Positions 1-10,456 of a stretch of 54,964 bases of DNA are shown here, piece by piece. Numbering within the stretch: position 1 is the stretch's first letter; each line of letters opens with the position of its first letter. This stretch comes from Fonticula alba ATCC 38817 (Eukaryota; Protista; Nucleariida): the NCBI GenBank assembly GCA_000388065.2, contig KB932204.1; one strand, written 5' to 3'. The position numbers and the translations under genes are program-made. Below the pieces are notes generated by a model. The model had not been told where the DNA came from. It saw only the letters and a program-made list of their open reading frames with translations, and made no database searches.

Positions 1-120
1 CCCCCCCCCCCGGTTCCCGGGATCCCTTGCTCATCCTCGCGCGCTAATGACTCAGACAGGGGCCGCTCGCAAAGCGATGGGAGATGATCGGCATCGATCA
101 GCAGCGGCATGCTGGTTGGT

Positions 121-3100
121 TTAGTAGCAGTCCAGAACGATGTCGCAGAAGTGCTCGTCCTCGTCGAAGGCGGCCACCAGGTCGACAGCCCGCTGGCGGA
201 GGCCGGCCAGGGGGGGCAGGGCAGGCGCCGGCCCGGCCGCCGGCCCGAGCCCCGCGTCGGCCCGCCCGCAAGGGGGGTCCCGGCCATCATCCTGGCCCGT
301 CGCCGCCCCCGCCGCCGCCGTAAGCACAGCTGCCAGCAGGGCCCGGCATTCTGCATCGTTCTCGCGTCGGCTCGCGTCGGCCAACAGCGGCCGCCAGGCT
401 GCCCCACCGAGCAAGGGGGGCCACCCGCCCGGCGGGCTGGCGGCCATCTTCCGCAGGGCCGCCCGGCGGACCGGCGCGTCGCCATCATGCAACGCCGTCG
501 AAAGCAAACAATGCCCGAGGGCATGCTCCACGTCCGCCGGGCTGGGAGCCGAGCCAGGCACCCGGTCCGGACCATCCGCCAGCCAGGGGCCGAGGGCCGC
601 CGCTGCCAGGAGGAGGGCCGGCGCTTCGGCCGACCCGCCGGCCGCCGCTCGGGCCAGCTGCGCCGCCTCGACCGCCAGCCGCAAGCCCAGCACGCGCGAG
701 GAGCCGGAATCCCCGGTCACCGATACCGGCCAGGTGGCCCCGGGCGCCGGGGCGGCCTCTCCTCCCCCCTCCGGCGGGGCGGTCACACTGGGGGAGGCGC
801 TGCCGCCGGCTGCTCCGAGCCCGGCCGGTGCCAATCCCCGGCCCAGGGCCTGGCCACCCTGGCCAAATAACCGCTGCAACTCGGCCACCCGACTCAGGGA
901 GGGACACAACTGGCCGGCCACCAGGCCGAAGAATGTTCCAGCCGCCGGGTCCCCGGCCACCAGCCCCAGCACCGCCGACACCGGCTGCCGGAGTGCCAAG
1001 CGGCCCCGTGCCCAGGACAGCAGCGCCAGCGCCGCCCCATCCGCCGACTGCCGTACATCCCACGCGGTGTGGAACTTGGCGGCTCGCATGTTGTCAACAA
1101 GCTGACCCGCGGTCTCGGCCAGGGGAGGCTTGTGTTGCCGAGCCGGCGGGGCAGATATGGCGGCGCAACACCGCAGGGGGAAGACGGTGACAGGGCGNNN
1201 NNNNNNNNNNNNNNNNNNNNNNNNNNNNNNNNNNNNNNNNNNNNNNNNNNNNNNNNNNNNNNNNNNNNNNNNNNNNNNNNNNNNNNNNNNNNNNNNNNNN
1301 NNNNNNNNNNNNNNNNNNNNNNNNNNNNNNNNNNNNNNNNNNNNNNNNNNNNNNNNNNNNNNNNNNNNNNNNNNNNNNNNNNNNNNNNNNNNNNNNNNNN
1401 NNNNNNNNNNNNNNNNNNNNNNNNNNNNNNNNNNNNNNNNNNNNNNNNCGGCAGACACCGGGACACAGCGGCAGAGATCGGCGAGGCAGCGGCGGAAACC
1501 AACGAGACATGGCCACAGAAACCGGTGAGACGAGGTGACAGAACCCAGCGAGACAGTGGCAGAGGAGGGGCCAGGAGGAAAGGGAAAGACAAAAGAAGGC
1601 ACGGCTCGAGAAGGGGGAGTGACGGCACGGCACGCACCAGCCCCATGCACGGGCTCATCGAGTGGAGGACCTGCTCGAGCTGCTTCTCCAGGGGGACATC
1701 CATGTCGGGCGACGAGTCACCCGGCGCCAGCAGCTGCCCGGCCAGGGCATCCCACAGCCCGGGGCCCAGGGCCGCCAGCAGCTCCCAAAGACTGACAAGG
1801 GCCCGAGAGTCGGCCGCGCCGGACCCCCGCGAGCCGGACAGCCCGGCCACGGTCCCCAGAGCCGCCCGGCAGCCGAGCGCCGCCAGGGCCCGCGCTCGAG
1901 GGCTGTCCGGGCCGGAAAGCGCCCACTCCCGATTGGCAAGCCGGACCATGGCCCATGCCCGGGTGATCGCCCGGGCCAGGGCATCCGTCACCCCGGCCGA
2001 CTGGCTCACTTGCAAGGCCAGAACCATGCCGGCCACCGTGGCCAGCAGGGCCGGGCGAGCGTCCTCAAGCCGGCAAGCAGCCCGGAGTGCTGCCACGCCG
2101 CCGGCCTCCAGCCGACGGAGCACACACTCCAAGGCCACGGCCGCGTGCTGCTGTGTCCGCTGGTCCGCCTGCCCGGGAGCCAAGTCCTGCCAGGCGGCCA
2201 GGTAGGCCGACCGTGCGCCGCCGTGGCACCGGCCGGCAGCCGCCGCGGCCGCCGCCGTGTCGGGCCCCGGAAACAGCGGAGCCTCCGCACCGACACGGGC
2301 CCCGCCAGCTGCGCGCACCAGCTGCACAAGCACCCGGCACCAGGCCAGCGCGCAGTGCGCGCACATGGGCGCCGCCTCGGTCGGCAGGCCAGCCCCAGCA
2401 GCGACCTGCTCCCGGTCCTGCTTGCAGTCACAATCGAACTGGCTGCCGGCCAGCTGGCTGACGGCCTCCAGGGCCGCCGGCGTGCCGGGCGACGCCACCA
2501 ACAGCCCGGACATCGGGGCCAGCGAGACCCCGAGCGCCGGCAAGGGGCTCCGACAGCACCCGGGCAATGCCCCCAAACAGGCCACCGCCGCCTGGCGCAA
2601 AAACCGGTCGGTGCCTTGGCACGCAAGCCGCACCACCCGCGGGAAGGCTCCCGCCAACACCGGACAGCGGCTCCGACAGAGGGGACGCCCCCGGCCAACG
2701 GCCGCCAGCGCCGCCAGCGTCGACGTGGCCACCGAGCCGCCGGCCTGCAGCCAGCGCCCCAGCAGCTCCTCCGCCCCGGGCCACCCCCGGCCGGGCGACC
2801 CCCGGACAAAGCGCTCCCCCAGGGGGCTCTCGGCAGGCAGGGCCAGCAGGCCGGCCAGCAGCGCGCGTCCCACCTCCGACGCGTGCGCGCCATGCTCGGT
2901 GGCCAGGGCTTCCTCCAGATTCCCGGCATCCAGCACATGGTCCGAGAGCCTGCTTCGTTGTCAGTCGCAAGAGGGCAGGGGGACAAGGGGAATGAACGCC
3001 CGCCCAGCGACAAGATGGCCCGCTGCCCCCCCCCCCCCCCCCTCCTCCCGGCGCCCAAGAAGAGGGCACAGATCCACGCACCATCGAAGGAGGGAGCTGC

Positions 3101-4485
3101 CCGCGTGTTCCTCGCCTGCGCAGGCCTCGACCGCCCGCAGGAACACCCCGAGCGCCGCGGCCCGCTCCATGGCATCCACCCGCCGTGGCAGGTACAACTC
3201 CTCGGTCGAAAGGGCCGGCCGGTCGGTATCGGCCAGGGACAAAGAGAAATCCACCAAATCCGCGTGCAGGCTGCCCGCAGTCAGGCCGCCAAGCCCATGG
3301 TCCATGGCCACATCACCGTCGACCGCCCCGGCACCATCGGCATCCTCGTCATCGTCGTCCCAAAACACCAGGCCCTGGGCCTGGGCATAGGCATTCGCCT
3401 CGCGGAGCCGATGCTGATTCAGCTCATCCTGCGCGGTGAGCTGACAGCCGCCCGCGTGGCCGTGCTCCCCCTCGATCGAGGCGTCCGGGCGCCGCATTCC
3501 CCGCAGCAGGCCGAAATACTCGTCATCCTGGCACCGGCGCGGCTCGCGATCGAGCAACGCCTCAACGGGACCCCCCCGGGGGAAGGCCCGGAAAGCGGCC
3601 TCCGCCAGCAGCAACGGGAATTCCCCCATGCACATTTCAAATGCCTCGGCCCCGGCCGGCTGCCCCGGTCCCGGGAAGAGAGCCGCGCCCAGGACAGTGA
3701 GCAGGGCCGCGCGGACGTGCGGACCCAGAGCCGGCCAGGGGAGCGTCTGTCACGCCGAGCGCATGTTAGTCTTCGCCATCTCCGCCGAGGGGGGGGGGGG
3801 AGGAAGCCGGCCTCCTGCGCAAATGAGAGTGGCGAACCGAAAGGAAAGCCAGCACCGAGCGGGCAAACGTCTGCCGGTCCGTCCAGGGGGCATCCTGCAT
3901 CAGCAGGTAATCCAACACCAAGTCGGCCGCCTTGTCGGCCTTCGGGGCATCGTGCCCATCGTACTCCGGCGGCGCCAGCACCGACAGCGGTGCCGGGTCG
4001 GTTGCCCCGTCGATCGGGACGACATCGGCCGACAATGCAACGACCCGCCGGAGCAGAAGGTGCAGCGCCCCGTGCAGATCCAGCCGCGATGCGCTGTCCC
4101 CGGGAGGATGCTCCATGGCTGGGGAAGCCCAAGGGGGAAAGCCAGGAGCCAAATGTGTGGCAGCAGGTGTGTGCAGGCGTGTGCAGAAATGTGCAAAAAT
4201 GTGCAGGTGTATGTAGGTGTGTGCAGGTGTGTGTGTGCAGGTGTGTGTGTGCAGGTGGGGAGGAGGAGATTTGTGTCGACAGCTCATGAGGGTCAACACC
4301 GGGCGGAGTGGCTTCTCTTGTGTTGGCCTGGCTCGCTGGGGCCGAGATCAGAACCCACCCGTGGAGGGAGGTGATGCGCGACGGGGCCGTGCGCGCGCCC
4401 CCGCCCCCTCCACAGGGGCTGGCGAATGCTCCAACCACCCCCGCACCGGCGGATGGCCGGGAGCTGCCGGCGGACCTCGCGCCAT
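121..4485 (-). CDS. BRAT1: BRAT1-like HEAT/ARM-repeat protein (Integrator cleavage-module assembly factor); multi-exon, 5' end uncertain, gap in an intron
   Basis: Spliced from ORFs 3766..4299, 2961..3635, 894..2936 and 121..1650 with phase-consistent junctions (e.g. SSLLRW|LSDHV; ...SPCMGL|PPLAET). The last exon has TAWDVRQSA (human BRAT1 CWEVRDSA) and DGDAPVRRAAL, and ends DIVLDCY-stop, the BRAT1 C-terminal DCY signature. Coding is supported from 4093 down to 121; ATG 4485 is only a candidate start. Confidence 0.75.
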
Positions 4486-4967
4486 GACGGATGCCAACCC
4501 ATGTAGAAACAGCATTCTCCGGCCGGATCAGCCGGATTGTTTTTTGAAAGCCCTATCCGCTGATTACCAATCCCACGCTGTGCGCAAGATTCTGGCTGGT
4601 TCTCCGTAGTCGGCCGGCCCGGCCCGGTCCTCCCTCCCGGTCTCTCGGGAAGCGAGCCCCCGGCGGCGCCGTCTCGTGCGGACGCGCACGCACGTACGCA
4701 CGCACACGCGCTCCCGCCCTTCCCCCCACGCTTGGCCTGGCGCCGGGCGCGAGGAGGATGGCTCCCCCCCCCCCCCCCCCACGCGACCTCCGACCGGGCC
4801 GCCATTCATTGGCTGGCGCGTCGCCCGGGCGGGATCGTTCTTCGCCAGCCCTCTCCTCCTCGATCACATAGACACACGCACGCACGCACACACACACGCA
4901 CGCACATACCGCCCCGCCATCTCTGCTTGCCCCGGTCCGCTCCACCCCACTCCACCCCTCGACGACG

Positions 4968-6821
4968 ATGCAGCTGTACCAGCAGATCGAGTGGGCCCTC
5001 CTCAGCCCGGAGGGCGTCAGCGCCCTGGCCGGCCTCGATGGTCCGTTCGCCGGATGGCCGTTTGCCCGCTGCCCGGCCGGGCCGGGTCCCCTTCTTTCTT
5101 TTGCGCCTGCCCCTCCCCGCTCACAGCCCCTGCCTCACGCCGTCGACCCCACCCCCTGGGCCTCCATCCGCAGAGTCTGCCTCCTTCCAGTTTGCCAAGG
5201 ACTTCCTGGCTGGCGACTTCGCCCCAATCATCACCTCGCCCTTTGCCCGGGAGATTCTGGCCTCCAGTGGCCCCCTGCAGTTTGACGGTGCGCCTGCTCC
5301 CTCCCCTGCCCTCCGCCAATGGCGCTCCTCCCTGGAGACTCGCGACGATCCTGACCCCCCTCCGGACGTCCTCCCCCGCTCCGCCGCAAACAGACGCGGT
5401 TGCCGACCTGAGCGCCCGGCTGGCGGCGCATTGCGCCGGGACCGACCACACGCCCGACTCGGCCCTCTCGCTGCTCATCCTCGGCGCGGCCCTGCTCCAG
5501 GCCTTCGTCCAGGCCAACTGGCTGGGCCCGGCCCTCGAGGCCCCGGTGGCCCCGGCCTTTGCCCTGCTGTCGCCCGGGTTCGACCCGGCCGATGCGATCA
5601 CCTGGCAACGCGCCGCCGTGGCGTGGGTGTCTCAAGATGAGGCCGACGCGTACCCCCTCCTCCGGGAGCCGGCTCTGCTGATCGCGGCGGTCCTGCTCTT
5701 CGAGCATGCGGCGCCCCTCTTTGCCGCGCATGAGCTCACCGTACGCCGCCATCGCCGGCGTGCTGCCAGGCGCCTGCTTCCTCCCCTCCCCCCCTTTTGC
5801 TCCCAGCCCACTCACCCTTTTCCCTCGTCCCCCCTTCCCCCCCTGCCCCGTCGCCCGGCGGGTGGGCGCTCACCCGGATGCAGACTGCCCTCCTCTGGTC
5901 GGCCCGTGTGACCTTCGCCCACCAGCGCATGCTCGATGACCGGTGCATGAACCTGCGCGAGGCTGTGTACGCCCGGCACCGGGAGTTCTTCCTGAGCCTG
6001 CCGGCGGGCCCCGGCGGGCTGGCCCTGCCCTCGTTGCTGGGCAAGCCGCACCCGGCCACGGATCCGGACTGCCCCCCGGGCAGCCCGGTGTCCTTGATCT
6101 ACGCGCGCTTCTACCTGGAGCACGCCTGTGCGCTGCACTACTTCCACGACCTGACCTGCCATGCGGCCCTGGTGGCGGCCCAGGCGGCCACCGGGCTCGA
6201 GTGGGAGCTGACCGGCGCCCTCGGCCGGAAGACCAAGTTCCAGCTCGACGCCCGGACCATGCTCGTGGTTTTCGCCCGGTACTCCGACACGGCCAAGGCC
6301 CAGTACTTCGGCCAGAAGCCCAGCCAGCCGGCCGCCGAGACCGACATCCCCAAGGCCCTGGACCTGAATGACGACCAGCTGCTGGACCGCATGCGCCTGG
6401 ATGACTCGGCCGCTGCCGAGGTTGGCCAGCTGACCTCCGAGGCCATCTTCCCCCTGGATCAGGCCATCCTCTTGGGCTTCAGGTGCGCGGCCTCCCTCCT
6501 GCCTCCATCCTGGGTCCTTTCCCCTTCCCCTCCGGTGGCTCCCTCCTCCGGCGCCCATGCATCCTGGCCTCGCTGCCACTGACCCGACACGCCCCCGGCT
6601 CTCCGCCGGGGAAAAAAAACACCCCAAACCCACGCACACACCCACATCGCAGCAACTACTTCAAGCTGAAGGACCCCTCCAGCGACCTGACCTCGACCGA
6701 GCTGACCGCCTTCGTTGAGGTACGTCCTGCTGCCGAGCCATTCCCCCATGCACCCATGTGCATGCCACCCCCGGTGCCCGCATGTCCTGGCCATTGACCC
6801 TGCGCCTGGTTCCGCCCATCG

Positions 6822-6858
<37 letters not shown>

Positions 6859-8673
6859 CCTCATCGAGTCGCCGAAGAACTGGCTCGTCCACTCGAGCAC
6901 GCTGCTGCTTCGGTCGCGCCTTGAGGCCAGCAAGACCCGTCGCCTGGAGCGCGCCACGCTCCAGATCCAGGCCCTGGTGGATCAGTTTGCGGACGCCGAG
7001 CCCGGGGTCGCCTCGCGCGGGAGCCTCTTCTACCAGCTGGACTATCCGAATCTGTGGCGCATGCAGAGTGACCTGGCCACCCTCTTCACCAAGCTCGGCC
7101 TGCTGAAGTCCGCGCTGGACCTCTTCGAGAAGCTGGAGAACTGGGAGGGCCTCATCACCTGTCTGGCTCGCACGGGACAGTCTTCCCGGGCCGAGGCCGT
7201 GGTCCGCGAGCAGCTGGCCCAGCACCCGACCCCGAAGATGTACTGCATTCTGGGGGATATCCTGGGCTCGCGTGACACGCAGCCCTACGAGCAGGCCCTG
7301 GCCCTGGCTCGCGGCGGCCACTACGCCCGCGCGCACCGGGCCCTCGGGCTGATTCACTTCAAGAATGACGAGGTTGAGCGCGCCCTGCCGCACCTGGAGC
7401 ACGCCAGCCGGCTGAACCCCCTGGGTGAGCACAACTGGTGGACCCTCTCCGGGGCGTATGCCAAGCTGGAGAACTGGCCCAAGGCGGCCGGGGCCCTGAC
7501 GCGCGTGGTGTCCCTGGCGCCGGATGACGCCGAGGCCTGGTCCAATCTGTCCATCTACTACACCAAGATGGGGCGCCTGTGCGTTGGGGCCCAAGGCGGG
7601 TTCTTGCCCTGCTCTCTTTTTCCCTCTCTCTCTCCCTTTGCCCAGCCTGGCTCCCCTCCTTGGCCGTTCGTCGGCCAGGGCCGGGGAGAGGGGACCTCCT
7701 CCCACGAACTTACACCCCTCCTCGCTCGCTCGCTCTCTCTCTCTCTCTGCCCCCCCCCCCCCCTTCCGTGTGCCATCCATGGCACTTGCCCAGTGTCGAA
7801 TCTCACCGGTCGCTCAAGGAGGCCACTCGGCTCAATCGCGACAGCTGGCGCATGTGGGAGAACCTGGTCCTCGTCAGCCTCGTGGTCAACGAGTACTCCG
7901 ATGTCATCCTCGGCATGTCCCGACTGCTCGAGATCCGCAAGGACAATCCGATCGACGAGCAGAACTTCGGCCGCCTCATCCATGCATACATGACCGGCAA
8001 GTCCGATGCCTCGGAAACCCCCCGTACGCGCAAATGCCCCTCCAGGCCACCTGCCACCGACGAGGCTGATCCCTGTGGACTGACCGGCCGAGCACGCCCC
8101 GCACCACCTCCGCCCCCCGCCCCCTTTCTCCCCCCCCCTCCTCCCCTGTGCGCTGTCCTCCGCATAGTGCATCGGTACACCGGCCAGCTGGAGTCCCTGG
8201 TGGATCGCATCGTCGAGGCGTGCCCGGGGAATGCCAATGTCCTGGCCATCTGTGCGCAGTTCTTCGACTTCCGTTTCAAGTCCAACCTCCCCTCCAGCCA
8301 CTATGTGCAGCGGGTGCACCCGGAGCACTATGAGCCCCTGCCCGAGGTGACCCAGACCATGTGCCTGGATGACAAGGCGGTCGACCTGTACCTCCGAGCC
8401 TACCGCGCGTCGAACTTGCGCTCGGGGTGGGAAAATGACGCCGCCAGCCTGAAGGCCGTCTCCGAGCACACCACCGCGGCGGTGGAGGCGCTGCTGGCAC
8501 GCGCCAGCCGGCACCGGGCCAGCGGGGCCCCAGATGCCGAGGGCCTGGCCAAGACCGATCTCTACCAGGCTCGGACCATCATCCGGGGCTTCCTCAGCCG
8601 CGCCAAGCGGACATTCCCCTCGAGCCCCGAAGTGCAGGCCATGGAGGAGCTCCAGGCGAAGGCCACTGCTTGA
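4968..8673 (+). CDS. TTC27: TPR-repeat protein TTC27/Emw1 (YNL313C-like)
   Basis: Exons 4968-5040, 5174-5287, 5394-5740, 5884-6482, 6653-6719, 6857-7578, 7794-8023 and 8168-8673 splice in frame. Motifs: LQAFVQANWLGP, ELTGALGRKTKFQ, NWLVHSSTLLLRSRLEASKTRRLERATLQIQALVDQF, and TPRs ending DAEAWSNL / NRDSWRMWEN. Confidence 0.9.
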
Positions 8674-9166
8674 GTGATGTGACATGCCCAGACCACGGGC
8701 AGCGCTTCTCCCCTTGGCCGCCTCTCCACCCCGGGGGGATGCTTCCCTCCTTTCGCGTGTTTTCTTTTTCGCTGCCTCTCTCTCTCTCTCCCTCTCTGGA
8801 GTTCGGGCACGCGCGCCATACACACAATGTTAGACGGATGATTTCCCGGTGGCCGAAGAGGGGGGCGAGGATCCGGGCAGAAGGCCTGACATGATACATT
8901 GGCATGCGTCTCGGGCTCCCTGTCTTTCCTTCGCGGGGCAAGGGACCGCGGCGAGCGCAAGACCACAGCAAGGGGAGGCAGACTATGTGTATTTCCGAGA
9001 GCCGGGGAGAAGCCGAGCAAAGGAGGCGCAAGGGGGAAACACAGCAAGAAGGATCTCGGCAGGGCATGAGCAGTGTTGAAAGGTCGAAGGCTCGAGGAAA
9101 AACAGGCCCGCGGACATGCCCGCCCGCCCACACGCCCCTCTCTCTCTCACACGCACACACGCACAC

Positions 9167-10118
9167 TCAAGCACGGATGACCTTGCGCTTCTGCTTCTGC
9201 TTGGGGCCGGGGGCCTCATCGCCGGCGCCCAGGGCGTCCTGCTCAGCCGAGCCGGCACCCCGGCCAAAGATTCCCCCAAGAAGCATGCTGAGCATGCTTC
9301 CCATCGGGCCGGTCGAGAGGTTGGCGTAGGTGGAGTATGCCCAGAGGCCGGGGATCTGCCGACAGCCGGGCGCCGAGGGACACATGGGGATGCGACGTTA
9401 GACCCCGGCACAGGAGCACCGCCGGACGGCAGAGGCCACAGGTGTCACGCACCGTCAACAGGAAGTACCACATCCAGCGGCCGAGAATCGGGCGCAGGAC
9501 CAGCGGCACCCAGCAGAGGATGGCCGAGTCGCCGATGAGGTTGGCCACGCCGATGGTCAGGTCGGCGCCGACCGACACCAGCGGGCCCCGGGTGGGGACC
9601 GGGTTGCCCGCGCGCTGGGCCATCTGCACCACATGCCCGGGCACCGGGCCGTAGGTGGCCGCCCCGAGGCGGCGCAGGTAAAACACCGTCCCCCCGGCGA
9701 TGAGCAGCGCCAGCGAGGAGAGCCACCGGTCGTAGGAGCCCAGCACCAGGGCCAAGACCAGGTGAAGAGCCTGCCATGTCGGGGCCGGGGCCGGGGCCGG
9801 GGTCGGGGCCGGGGTCGGGGCCGGGCGTATTAGTGCACATGCCGCGGGGACCGGCAGGACGACAAGAGGGAGGCAGCAGGGGAGCCACGCACGCAGGAGA
9901 CGGCCGAGCCGATCATCAGGAGTTGGAGGCGCGCCTCGTTGGACGCGGCGCGCTTCTTCTCAGCTTGTCCGGCCTGCGCATCGAGGAGGGAAGAGACATG
10001 GGGGGGGGGGGGGGCAGGATTAGCGTCGGCGAGGGTGGGCACCCCATCGGGCCAGACAGGCATACGGGAGGGGGGGGGGGGAAGGAAAAAAGGCCACCCA
10101 CACCCCGGCGCATACCAT
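9167..10118 (-). CDS. TMEM208: TMEM208/SND2 (DUF788) ER membrane protein of the SRP-independent targeting pathway
   Basis: Exons 10118-10116 (ATG only), 9973-9893, 9770-9453 and 9355-9167 give MAGQAEKKRAASNEARL...GADLT...IGDSAILCW...RWMWYFLLTIPGLWAY...KQKQKRKVIRA. Size, hydrophobic pattern and basic tail match the family. Confidence 0.85.
9781..9825 (+). repeat. (GGGGCC/GGGGTC)n hexamer repeat, about 7 units, intronic
   Basis: ggggccggggccggggccggggtcggggccggggtcggggccggg, inside TMEM208 intron 2. Confidence 0.9.
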
Positions 10119-10456
10119 GGCAGGAGCTATCTGGAAGGGGGCAAGGCGAGAATCAGGAGGGAGGACCAGGATGGGATGTCCGACTGGGCCCCGACAGCCC
10201 GGTGGCCGGCGGTGCCGCGGGAAAAATCTGCCCACCCATCGCCCCCCGCGCGCCCCGCGCCCCGCCCCCTCCACAGCGAGACCATGACCACCGCCGCGCC
10301 GGCCCCCACCGCCCCGGCATCGGTGCCGCACCTCTCTATGTCTCTCTCTCTCTCTCTCTCAAAGAGGTCCCCTGGCAGACTCCTCCCCCTACCGAGCACA
10401 CACACCGCGGATCAAAGACAGGAAGGTCCAGCGGCAGATCGAGCCACGTGATGTGT

